This document shows positions 33,401 through 46,100 of a stretch of 64,000 nucleotides of DNA, one piece after another. The position numbers and the translations under genes are program-made. Origin of the DNA: Phoronis australis (Eukaryota > Animalia > Phoronida); NCBI GenBank assembly GCA_002633005.1, contig NMRA01001003.1:8133-72132 (forward strand), given 5' to 3'. Position 1 is the first letter of the stretch. Every line of letters starts with the position of its first letter. The notes below the pieces were generated by a model. That model was not told the DNA's origin. It saw only the letters and a list, made by a program, of their open reading frames with translations, and made no database searches.

Positions 33401-33813
33401 CAAATTGAGCTGTAGAAATAAAGTCAAATTACTACAGGTCAAGTCGAAAGTAAGCAACAAATTCACGGTTGAATTAAAACTTACCTGTGCTAGAATTTTG
33501 TAAGGTGTCATTTAGAGGCAACAATTCGGCTGGTTGAAAAACTGAAAACGAGATAACATCAAAATGGGTATTCAACTTTGTAAATTATTTCCTTACAACA
33601 CATAAAACTACCAAGTAGATCCACTACTTTTTTCAAAAATGGATCCATAATATGGATTTTAAACGGAGGCCTCCGTCACGTCAATTTTTTACAGTAAGCT
33701 TAGCGACGGTATTCCTAACGCTTTATCTAGTAATGGAGAATGGTGACAAAATCAAACTCACCTGAATAAAACACGACTATTAGCTGTAACACAGTGGTGA
33801 TGGAAGCCGCCAT
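27452..33813 (-). CDS. Secreted, probably GPI-anchored glycoprotein: signal peptide, S/T-rich mucin-like stalk, 12-Cys (2x6) DUF19/T20D4.11-like domain (~376 aa)
   Basis: Exons 33813-33762 (MAASITTVLQLIVVFYS), 33541-33485, 32113-31691 (S/T-rich, many NxS/T sites), 30123-30003 (DIDTCTENITSECLG...FRDIC), 29602-29487 (SAECRQSVATC...AFDYLCG), 28331-28187 (DYLENVKCF...RCL...RMC) and 27668-27452 (YVTCTSRHVRSWC...HRCVINGTVITMSFGLPVLLILALLATNLT*). All GT-AG, phases 1,1,1,2,1,2, total 1131 nt. The family name is inferred from Cys spacing only. Confidence 0.85.
28580..28712 (+). mobile_element. Degenerate tRNA-derived SINE head
   Basis: B-box-like GAAGGTCGCGGGCTCGAATCC at ~28677-28698 and A-box-like GTGACTTGGTCAGA upstream; spacing too long for a tRNA. 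Confidence 0.35.
29058..29272. repeat. Palindromic MITE/hairpin in an intron of the Cys-rich gene
   Basis: ACGATAGCTGAGCTGAAAGCTCACGTCAAGG (29114-29144) pairs with CCTTGACGTGAGCTGTGAGCTCAGCTATCGT (29193-29223); outer GCCTC/GAGGC, GAGAGCT/AGCTCTC and CCCAGG/CCTGGG. Confidence 0.85.
31188..31597 (+). repeat. 12-bp minisatellite (TGTGAACCAAYG) interrupted by the MITE
   Basis: About 11 units left and 4 right of the insertion; source of the spurious VHTL-repeat ORF. Confidence 0.8.
31320..31551 (+). mobile_element. ~230-bp hAT-like MITE, copy 2, inside a 12-bp minisatellite
   Basis: TIRs CATGCGCGCACC / GGTGCGAGCATG; same internal sequence as 20456-20680. Confidence 0.8.
32568..32840. mobile_element. 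MITE with TACTGTA start and subterminal AATA.A.GCCGGG repeats
   Basis: TACTGTAAAG start; repeats AATAGAAGCCGGG, AATAAAGGCCGGG, AATAAACGCCGGG and an inverted CCCGGCT near the end. Confidence 0.5.
32845..32877 (-). CDS. Possible 33-nt phase-1/1 cassette microexon (VKSILREPKYS) of the mucin/Cys-rich gene
   Basis: CAG acceptor, GTAAC donor and frame-preserving, but the polypyrimidine tract is weak. Confidence 0.25.
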
Positions 33814-34365
33814 TGTAGCTTTTTTCAAGGTCTCACGTTACCTAATAATGCCGGAAATCTGTCACCTTTTGCATCATTGCCAATGCTCAAGCCAATGACC
33901 TTCAAATCCCTAACAGCTATCTGTTCGAGCCCCATACGTTCAAAGTAATAAAAATGTCCAAAAGAGCATTCTTACGAAACACATTATGGTTGCCTAGCGA
34001 TGCACGTTGTCAGGTTATTGAAGGGCTATTGATATTATTACAAACATCAACAAGTACCACTCCTGTCGTGCTGATTTGTTTCTTTCGTGTATCATCGCTG
34101 GGCTGTCAAAATTTGTCATCGCCAGTATCTTAATATCCGTGATCATTGTTAACATTAGTTCCCATCATGGTCACCATCATCAGTTGACACGGTCACGTGA
34201 CATGGTCACCATAGTTGACATCACTTCACCCTCACCATCACAGTTATCACGATCAACATTATCATTAACATCGTCTTCATAGTTGACATCACACCACTGT
34301 CTCATTGTCACAACAAAAACACTCCTCATAAAGAAAATAATATCCTTCTGTTGTTCAAAATTACG

Positions 34366-35560
34366 ACTAGAGCAACGCCGAACTTTATTCGCCCACCGTC
34401 AATGTTTGCATCGCATAGATCGCAGATATAAAGGATGATTACAATTTCAAACATTCCCACTAAAGAGAGCCTCTAGGGGGTGCATAACGAGTCAGCAATG
34501 CTCTCCTCAATAGTAACACACCTGCCAAGATCGTAAAGAAATAAAACTAGGTCCAAAACTCGTTGTTTTCCGTTATCAGGTTAACAGAAATACGCTTCCA
34601 AATTTCACAAACAATCTGCAGGAGTTTAAAAGAAAGAGCTGCGGAAGCGGAAAAAAAAACAGAACTACCATAAGTAGTCGAAATTGTTCAAAAATCATTC
34701 TCAGCTATGCTCTACCCAGTACGAACACAAATACCAATTTTCACGATTCTTAGAGTGGTTTGGACGCTGGCGAGATGGACGCCAAAAACAGATTCGAAAT
34801 AACAAAACGGCCACAAGGATGTGTACGTCATGTCAAATCTATTTGAAATTGAGATGGTGTCGTCGTCTCTTATATTAGATACCTATTTGCTAAATTTCAT
34901 AAAAATAGGTCAAAGAACTCCAAAGATACAGAGGAAAACAGGGAAAATTGACACCAGGGGTCACAACGGTAGTCGAACCCGTCTGAAAATTGTGATCGTC
35001 CGTTGTCACGTTCCTATAAATACACTTAACAAATTCAATAAAGACCCTGTTAAGGGTTTAGGAGATGAAGTCACCAACGCAAAAACCTAACTGCCACTAG
35101 GATGCGGCACAGAAGCTGGAGTCATCCGAAAATCATCATCAGCCGTCCTATCCCCTGTAGGAACATATATGCCAATGTTCATAATCATCCTTAAAGTGGT
35201 TTGGTTGATAGAGGGGAGGACACCAAAAGCAGACTAGAAAACAGTAAGAAGTGTCTACTTGGGAAAATACGTCGAATCCATCAAAAAACAAGAAGATAGA
35301 TACTTATTGCCAATTATATGAAAATTTATTAAGGTACTCCGAAGATACAGAGGTAAACGTAAAAAACTAAAATTGTCACAAGAGGGCACACGAGAAGATA
35401 GGTCCTAAAATTGGCTCATGACATCCAATCCATAAAAGGAATATACCAGCAAAATCTCATGAACATATATCTAAGGGTTTTGGAGATACAGCAGCAGACA
35501 CCAGAAGGACATGGATGATGTCATAATGTGCCCACATATTAATATGTGAGAACTTAAAAA
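34366..35560 (-). mobile_element. Second copy of the same Helentron/DINE-1-like family
   Basis: Begins ACTAGAGCAACGC, ends CATAATGTGCCCACATATTAATATGTGAG...AAAAA; internal AATTG.CACCAGGGG monomers. Confidence 0.7.
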
Positions 35561-37101
35561 TACAACAAACACTTAGATAATATCAATTTATTGAATTACC
35601 TGAAGAGTGATTCTCAACATCAGTCAAAAACACTCTTCCTTCAATGATGAAAGACCATGGGATGCTTAAGGACTAAAAAATACTGAAGATCTGATCTGTT
35701 AAGAAAAAAGTGTTCAATGGAAAGACAAACTTGAGTAATGACACTTAAATCTACCTGGAAAATAAATACCGCAATTTTGCTTTCTGAATTAAGAAACAGT
35801 GTGCCACAGTAATGAACCAGTAAAATGACAAAATAATACAACTTTACCTAAACCTACATAGACTTAACAACAGTAGTTACATAACCAATACAAAGACATG
35901 ACAACGATCAGCACAATTCTTTCCTTAATATACATGCTAAAGCTATACTTAATTACTCCTGAGTAGGAAATTGTCAATTAGGATTTTTATTACAACCACA
36001 AAGAACATATTAAGGAAATAGACATATAGACTTAGTAAGTAAATTACATGCCCTCTGCCCTTCCTGGGGCTGTTTTCGGGATGAACTTCCATCTTTAGTT
36101 ATTAATCAAACAGTTGATAGTGCATTGTGCAACTGTAAAACAAATCAAGTTTTTCAAAAAACAAACAATGATTCTGCCACCAAAAGGCCATCAGACTTAC
36201 ATGCCCAAAATTACTGTGAGACTACATAAAACAACGAAAGAAAAAACAAAAATGGGAGATCCTATAGTGTTCTCTAAGCTATAAAAACATGCAAAGAAAA
36301 CAGTTGGGATAAACTAAAAAGCTCTTCAGACCATATGTAACAAAGAGTAGCACCATCACATCTGACATTTAGAACTGAAGCAAGCTTAGTAACTACAGCA
36401 GTTACCCAGTAAAGACGCAATGAAATATCAAATAGACTCTTTACATTAATAGATACTTTGATGGAACACTATGAACCTATGTGATGAACTAACTTAAACA
36501 GAATCTAAGCTTTTTGCAGACCTCCCACATCACATTTTTACATATTAATTTAATGCTGAGATTTAGTACTTTGGAAAGACAACTTTATATCATGGTTTCA
36601 ACAAACTACATTTTTTTTCGAAAATGTTTTCCAGTTTCGTAAAAAAACTTTTTTACCCCAAAATTTCACCACGACCTTCAATACTCCTTTCTTCCTTTAA
36701 AACAGCTGTAAACACACCTTCTGTCCAAGAAGCAAGTTTTTTAACTTAGATCACTTAGCCATACAAAATAAGTAAACGTATTCCTTTCTCAGACAAGAAT
36801 CAATTTCTGGGTTTGCAAACAACTGACAGTTTGTTATTCCTTGAGATCATGTATGTCTAAAGGAACAACAACTGTCAGTTCTTTTGAAGCAAGTTCGAAT
36901 CAACTCCAATTTGACTAAGGAAAATTTTGAAATCAATTTCATAATCGTAAGTGGTCTAAACCAGGAAGACAGGTTCATAGACGCATTAAGTGAAAGGGTG
37001 CATTATATTTCTCCCTTTTCCAAACACCAATCAGTGGAGTCAAAGACAATCCAAGTTGTTATGCTTGTGGATCAGGACAAACTGTATACAGCTGGAATGA
37101 G

Positions 37102-40100
37102 TCACGTGAACAAATATTGACCATCCTCTTCCTGTGAGAAGCCAACACTTTCGACAGTACTGACCTGCGAATCCACTTGACTGGGACTATTAACTGCTAT
37201 TAGTTGAGGAATGAGTGGTGCCGTCAAAATATCCGCCTCTTCTCTCAGGGACTCAGCTGCCTCTTTAATCATTAACTGCAATAATTACAAGCAATGGTAT
37301 ACTTGGTAAAAATAGAAGTGAGTTCCATTCTTTGAGAATGTGCCGAACATGGCAGAAAGAATAGTAAGACAGTTACAGTGAAGTATCAGTTTGACACGCG
37401 TTACTCGTTTCAGACACAAAACTGTGTTTTTTGAAAAACGTTACCACCAGACAACAATGCCACCTATTGTTATACAGACACTAGACCTACTTTTGGAGTA
37501 ACACAACGGACATACACAAAATGCTAACAAAATACGATGCCCCAGGAATAACCATAACAAAAAGTGTAACTGGAAATGGATCCAGTCTTTGCATTTAGCG
37601 TAATAGCAAACCTTAACTGTTTTGAAAATAATAGGTGAAACAAAACGCATGTGGTTAGTAGCGCAAGCAGTTGCCACTTAATCAAAAAATTTTAAATGGA
37701 AATTGGTGCTCATGTAAGCATGAGTGTTAACCCGAACTTTGACCGTATAACAGTGACTTAATATCTGTCAATGAAAACATTTTATTACGATAGAATAATG
37801 GACATTGATTCTCATCAATCATTAAGTATTATCAATTCACCACGTGGACATCATTATTTCCTAACAACAGTTCAACCACGGTAAAAATTTACCACACGTT
37901 TGGACCAGTGGAAAATTAATTATTGATCCAGGACTGAGATTATACCAAATTTTAGAAATAGTTAATACTGGCCGTCCTACATTCAATAATTATGACCTAA
38001 GACAAACAATCATTTCCGTGACATTACACAATAGCAAGATGCATGATAATGTTGCACTGGTAACCATATTCCACAATTTTATGAACTGGCAAGCCTATTT
38101 TCAGACTCTGTTGATACCAAAACACAGTGTCCGATATTTAAAAAATGTGATGGCCCTATCTTCAGAATGAAGAAAATCCAATTCTGACATCTCAAATTTT
38201 AGAAATTGTCCCTAACTGGAGAATTTTTACTGTAACCAACAAGCGCATTTTTACACTGGGCAGGCAACAACCAGCAGATCAAGTAGATAAAGTATAGCAA
38301 TTAGTCTGTCTGTTTGTGTTGATCATCACTACTCCAAATTAGTGAAGAGGAATTAACAAACAGGTATAATGTATGGTGCAGCTTAACCCTGGAACAATGA
38401 ACTGACTTGCCCAAGGTCTGATAGCACCAAAAAATCATGCATTCGAATGATGGTATCAAAATATAGAAAAACTTAGTCAAATACTGGAATTTGATTACTT
38501 GAGCTAGCAACATTGCGTCAGTAACTTGCGGACTTCACCATGGCTAATGGTGTTACTATCGTTCTGGCCAAAATGTGACATTTTAACCATTGAAGTGGCA
38601 TTGAGGTCAAGACGCAGTGTCATCATTTTGTTAAAATGCCACCTATTGGTCAGAACAATAGTAACAAAACTAGCCAAGCTGAAGTCCGTGAGAGACAGAT
38701 GCAACGTCGCTAACTCAAGTAAGCAAATTACAGTTTTTGACTTAATTTTTTTCTATATTTTGATACCTCAACTGTATATTTCAGAACTTTCATGCTTTTA
38801 CCAATGATGGTATTAAACACAAGTCTTGAAATGACCATTTCTATTTTTTACTACCTTTGTAGGAATAATCTATTTCTTCTATGTACTACACAGTCTTGGA
38901 ATGTCCAGTTGCCTCAAAGTAGCCTTACAAACTAGCCATGTCAAAAAAATTGCGATTTGTAATTTTTCCCACATTTGCCCGTCATTTCTCAGGCAACATA
39001 AACTCTCCTGCCTGAAGCGTTGTATTCAACAGCACAGAAACAAAGTGCACCACCTACAACAAAGTAGCTCTTTAACAATATCCTACAGTGTGTCGCCCCT
39101 AAATAGACTTCAGTTCCTCTATGAATGAACATGTACATTATGTGGGAGCATATAAAATAAAGAGAGTAAACCAAGAATGAGAGGAATAAGAGGGGTACCT
39201 AACAGATGACCTCTTCCTCATCGGAAGGCTGATCACTGACAAAGCTGAAAGATCAAATATTTAAGACTTTTTCAGAACAGTTAGTGTGTTAGTAACAACA
39301 CCATTAAACAGAATACAATTAGTGATTTTAAGGGACACAGTAGATTTGATACACAACTTTGAAATTTTAGTGCAATTATGCTTTCCACTTATTGCTTCTG
39401 GCGGGTGAGAATGAGCGCCACCCATTCATGTAATTTTAATTAATTCCTTCAATATATAATGTTTTTTTGTGCAGTAGACAGTCACCCTGCAAGCAATAAC
39501 CCTATCAAACATGACACAGACTGAAGCATTGGTCAAAACAACAAAATGACTGAAATCAGTCAACTGGTTCTTTAGATATCATCTGGAAACGCTCTTTCCC
39601 TAGACAACACTTATAAAAGACGTTGCCATTAACAAAATAGCCACTACGATGTGCTACAGCAATAGATTCCTGCTCGAAAATTTAATGGTACCACTGCATT
39701 GTCATCAAAAACCTCCTTTCATTGAAATCCTTCACTCGGTTTTCTAAATATCATCCAGAAATGCTCTCACACAAAATGGCCACTAGGCGGCACTGCAGTG
39801 GTCGAATCTGACCGAAAATCAAATAATGCCAGTGCAATTTCATCATATACTTCTGTGTGAACTTTTAATGAAATCAGACATTTGGTTCTTTTGATATCAT
39901 CTAGAAACAACTTTCCCAAACAAAACATGAAAAGCCTTGGTCGTCCACAAAATGCTCACTAGGAGGGGCTACAGCAGTCGAATCCAACCAAAAATTCAAT
40001 GGTGTCAGTGCATTGTCATCTTAAACCTCTGTGTCAACTCTCATTGAAATCTGTCACTCGGTTCTCTATATACCACGTCATCCCGGAATGCTCCCACACA

Positions 40101-43100
40101 AATGGCCACTCGGAGGCCTTGCAGCAGTCGGATTAGTGGCCAAAAATGAAATGATGCTGGCACAATCTTATTGCTTACCACTGTGTCAAGTTTCGATAGA
40201 CTCGGTCAACTGGTTTTTTAGATATCATCCAGAAATGCTCTTCTCCTCAAAACAACACTTTAGAAAGCACCTTGTCGAGAACAAAATGGCCATCAGGAGG
40301 AGCTACATATTATGTCAAATCTGCCTGAAAATTTGATCGCACTGGCGCACTGATATCACACACCTTTGTGTGAAGTTTTATTTAAACCGTCGATCGGTTC
40401 TGTAGATATCGTTCGCTTAAAAATGAAGACACTCCGCTGTTTTTAATTCAAACTCAATTCGAGTCAAAACCTGAGAAGTGTGCAGTCACCAGTGAGTTTA
40501 ATGTGCAAACAGTGCTGTTGACTGAGAAAACCGGCAGAAACTGAATTAATGAAATAAAAATAATTGCAACAATTATATGCAGAAACTGTCCAAAGTCCTG
40601 GGTCGTAACCCCTAACGCCTGAGGCATAACTACAAAGGCCTGGATCATGGGACATAACTCCAAAAACTGTAGTCAACCAATGGCCTGGGTCATGATCAGA
40701 GTGGCTTGAGTCATACGTTCAAAACCTGGGTCATGACCCAAAATGTCTTTGTGATTTATAACCATTAGATACATGCATCAACTGAAACTAAATTAAAGTG
40801 CACAACAGTACATTTACCACAAAGCTGTATAAATAACCCGTTGACACCAAACATGAAAATCAGTTAGTACCAATCAATCAAAACTTTCAAAATGTGATTA
40901 ATGAATGCCACCTCATGATTTACGTGAACAGAACACCTACTAACCTGGGCAGAGACAACAATCTGGTGTGCCATCTTGTGTGAGATTAATATTGCTTTGA
41001 CCAGCTCATCAGGGTTGGCTTGAGCGATCAGCTGAACTGTCTTGTAGCCAGCATTGTACAACTGTCTGGCTCTGGCCTGTGAGGAGAAACGATAACGCAG
41101 TTTTATTAAATTAGTAACATCTGGCTCGAGCCTGTACTAAAAAACAGTAATGCAATTCAAGTCAACAGGTAGTTTAACCATTAGACGACTGAATCTCGTG
41201 AAATAGAGTACCTTGAACTGCAGGGCTGCCAGCCCATTGGGCACATAAACTTTCACACTAAACCCCCAAAATTGGGAGCCAGATGCCATACAGTTGTGAA
41301 CCACTTCAGCCCTACTGTTTTGCAGCCGACACAGACTTGAAGAAAAAGTTACACAAACTTGATTTCTCCCCAAAAAGCTACACTGTAGACAATCTTAAGT
41401 GCACAGAAGCTTTCAAAGTAAACTACACAAAATTTGCTGAACTCTTGTTAGACTATGCCCAACTTGAACGAACATCTAGCCAGATTTATTAGGCAGTTTA
41501 TTGGCTATTCCACCAACCTGTTTAATACCAGGCAGTTCCATCAACGGGACCAGTTCAGCCATGACACAGTAGGACAGTCTCTTGACAAAGTTACCAAACA
41601 AGTCCTTGTAAGCCCAGAACTCTGAGAGTTCCTGCAAGAATTCAAAACATCAACATCAAGGGTTTAGAAGCTGCATAACATTTTAAAGCTTCTTTAAACC
41701 TAGCTTCAGTCTGACTAAGACCATTTATCGTAAATATAAGCCCAGTATCAGTTTGTTCATAACTCAGATAAGATGTAATTTGTAGGCTTAGGAAGAAGCG
41801 AGTTTGTTATTGCACAGGAGGCGCAACAAGTTGGCCGGCAATGTCGCTAGTTCCTCAGCTGAGAAAAGTGACATTATCCCTTTTTCAGGCAAAAAGTTAT
41901 TGCTGGGTGGATAAGATTTCTAGAAGTTAGCTTTGACCAGAATTATAAAACAATCTGTTGCTGTTATTACAAAACAACAACTCTCACCATTCTAAGCCGG
42001 ACATTCGGGGAGACCAAGGTCGGTGACTTTACCAATGAAATGTGTTTAAAACATCCAACAACAGTCACAACTGAACTTTTAAAGTCAACAGTTGCCAGTA
42101 AAACATTCTTTTAAATAATAGCACAAACAAAAGGACTAGTGCAAACTCACCTGACAGAAACGCGACACGCATGAAGCACAAGTAGCGGCAGATTGTAAGA
42201 GTGATTGTAGATAGCCACGCGTGACATGGAACTGTTGAGAGATATGCCATATGGACTTCTGCTGCCACAGTTGGTATACCATCAAGGACAAGTAGAAGCG
42301 CTGAACAGCCAGTGCAGAGTAAACCTGTTCAACAAACAACAAGCTATATGCAGTGAGTTTCTCTAGCCTCTTTACAACTCTTTACTTGACAGATAAATAC
42401 AGACAAACTCCGTAACTTTTTTTTCTACTCTGAGTTACTTCAAAATGGATCATTGAACTTTCTTAGACAAATGATGTTGGCTACATCTCACAACCATCAA
42501 CCCAGGGACTTGGCTGATAAAGAGATGAACCATTTGAAAATTGCAGTTGCATTCCTCTCCACAATACCAAAACAAAAGTGAGCTACTCCAAAACGTTGTT
42601 CAGTGGAGACAGATGTATCATTGCTACACATACAACCAACACCACTCAGTTTGATGCAACCCAGCTTTATAGAGTGGAGGGCTCTGAACAGATACAAGTT
42701 GACTGTTACTAATTACGACCATGAGCCAGACATCGTCTAGATAACTTTAACTTACACCAGGTGTACCAGAAACGTTCCAAGATTCAACTGGTTGTAATTT
42801 CAATTCAGTTTTTCATACGGGAACAGAAACATTTTCTACCTAATAACAATTAGCAGAAGTTTCCAAAACTCGAGTTTTGCAATTATAAAATAGAAGATAA
42901 AAAACTGGTTGAAAAATAAAATATCATACACTCAAGTGGCAAAAGGAAAAATTAACATGAGCAGTCAGCGGTGAATTAAGATCCCCTTAATAGACCTTTA
43001 AATGGACGAAACTAGGACTTCAAATTTAGTACATTGAGCAACATTTTAACTTTACAACTAAAAAGATTAGACAATTACATGCTACACCTAGTTTTCGCAT

Positions 43101-46100
43101 CAACTGAGTACGTCTGGCTACTTTTAACTATTCTTTTTCTCAAAACACAGCCAATAATTGTCTTGACTGTAAAAACATGACTAAATGAACTGTATCAAGA
43201 ACCACAACTGATAAATAAAACTCAACACCGTTGATACAATTGGGTGAATATGAGGATACAATGTTTTGAATTTTCCAATGTATTTGCTCTATCACCTGAC
43301 TGTGTGATATTTACTTTAAATTTTTAGCCAGAAGTTTTCCTTTTGGTATTTTGTCATAACGTAAGCTAGGGAGACGAAATCCACTAAAATTTAAATTGCA
43401 AAAAATGCACGAAATTTCATTTACATCAGAAACACAATTTCAAAACTGTAAAGAATGCACGAATTTTATTTAATGTTATGAAGTTTCAGAAACATAATAT
43501 TATGTTCAAAGTTGTCAATTATCACCCCTTTACATTTTTGATACACCTGATATTACTTGCCAATGCCTAGACACAAAATTGTGCCCAGTTCAAATACTGA
43601 ATGAAAGCCTACCTGAGTAACCCTTTGACCACTGGCCTTCCTTACAATCAGACTCTCAGGTACACCAATTAATTCGGCCACTTTTAACTCATCACTTTTG
43701 AGTTTGCCCAGCTACAGAAAAAGAGAATGAACAGTCAGTACAGGGGCTATATTTTGTCACTGAAATGGCCAAGTTAGAACTGCAGCTGTGGTTTCCAACT
43801 GTAATTGTGTCAAAACGAGGCAGTATATAATTCAGAGATGTGCCAAACAAACTAGATATGTGACTTTTATCAAGCGCTCCCTGTGGCAGTTTTAAAAACT
43901 AATGCTAGTCACACCATACAGAAGCATTATAGCTTGATCAAGCGCTCCCTGTGGCAGTTCGTAAAACTAACACAAGTCATACTGTACAAAGGCATTACAG
44001 CTTTATCCAACTAAAAACAATATTCCCATTTCCAAACTTGCCCTAAAATATTTCATCAAAAGTTTATGTAAGATAACAGCACAGCATAAGACCTGTTGAC
44101 AGTAGATCATCCAGTCTGGGTTGATCTGCTCAGCCATGTCGTAGGGTGTCACTAGGTAGACAAGATGGAGGTAGTTGGCCAACACCAGAGACTGCTGAGC
44201 TTGGCACAAGTCTCTGTAAAGCTGAGGGGCACGGTCAACATCCACACCGCCTGCAACAAGTGGAGACAACCATCACTACTTACACCAAGTGGGTATGCTC
44301 ACCCTGAAAATCAACGAGCACTGCCCCAAAACTAGAAGACCGGAAAAGGTTAATTTGGCATAGAAACAAAATCAAATGAGTATTCGAAAATTCGTAATAG
44401 TATTCTTGAGGTGAACTGTGAAGTTTTCATTTGAAAAGGTTTGAGTTAAAATTGATCAAGGGGGTATTTTGCTATGAATGTACATTAATTTTCTTAAAAA
44501 CGAAATTTTGTCTTAACAAAGTTGGTAACTTAGTGATAATATTCTCACGTAAATATTAAAAACATAATATATAATCTCTAATCTCATAATCTCTAATCTC
44601 ATAATCTCTATTCTTATAATCTCTAATCTTTTTTCTATCAGAAAATATATGCTTTTACTCACTGTTGTTTGATATATGAGTTAGAATGGAGGTCACTCAA
44701 TAAGGTTTGAAATAACCTTAACTTAGGAATATTTGGATCATGTTCAACCTTGCTTTTGCATACACATTTCCTAAAGTATTCCCATAGGATGAATGGAAGA
44801 TGATATCAGGGATAAGTCATTGCCTGAGTATTACGATAAGTAATAAGATTAATGCAGATTTGATCAAATGGTGAAAGAAGAACGAAGACTTCATGGCCAA
44901 GAAATTGAACTGAAAAACTTACAGTTCAGTTTATTTGACCAATAATGCATTTCATCTATGGCAAGACTCGAGTCACCTGGTGCCACGAAGTAAACTTTTC
45001 ATGAAAAATACACAGTGAATCTCCGAACTTCTCTAGTTAGTACAAACTCTCAATATTTGTTCACATTTCAATCTCATATTTCTTACAAAACCTGAAAAAA
45101 AAAACACTCAACCAGTGCACACGTTGCTATTACCCTCAAAGAACGTGGATCAATTTCATTTTTTGATTGTTGAACAATCATGATAAATTTTGCAAAGAGC
45201 TTGATATTCAAACCAAATCTGCATGGTCGGCACTTTTTCCAATCAATTGTTTGCAGTTTTCATGGCGAACATGGTTTATGTGTGAAACATTTCTTCTAGA
45301 TCATTATAATTTCAGCCAACATTTCTCCAGGAATTCACCTTGGTACATTTTAAAATATACTAAGGTTTTAAAGCACAAACCAAGTTAGCCTATTGTATGC
45401 AGTCATACTTATCATTAACAGTCATCTGAGATCCCTAGTCTCCAAAAAGATGATGATCATACAAGTTAACATTCAGAGCTCAACAGGGTGTGGACCAGTC
45501 AGTTACCCTCTGATTACCTTTGAAAGCAGCTCTGCCAAGCTCTGTAGCTGACATTGATCCACAAACATCACGTTTAATCAGCTTCAGCTCAAAAAGCTTG
45601 TTGAGAGCATCTTGAGCGACCTCATTTAAGTTGAGCTGAAGCAGTGAAGACTGCAAGGAGGCCAAGCTGGACAGCATGAACCTCTGAATATCGTCAACGG
45701 TGGCAGCAATCTGTAAAGTAAGGGACTTGTAACATGAAACTCAGGATATCATAGATAGTGGCAGCAATCTGCAACATGAATGCCAAAGTGAACACCTGTA
45801 TGTCAGAGTGAAGATTTCGCTTGAAGCCAGCCGATCCAGATTACGTAGGATGAAATTCTTTGATTTCAGGTTCGGTACACTGCTTAAGTCCTGAAAGTAG
45901 CTGGCATTATATTCTTCACACTTACAAATGATTAAACATTGTTAATTCGTGTTCCGAAATCTCTCCTGGGAGTATCGGAATTGTAAAAACCCGCTACAGA
46001 ATCATTTAGGCTTGAAGGTCCACTGACCACTGGAATATAATTGAAACATGCTTACCTTGAGACCTACACAGGACAACAACAGTGCCCTAATCCCCTTTCC

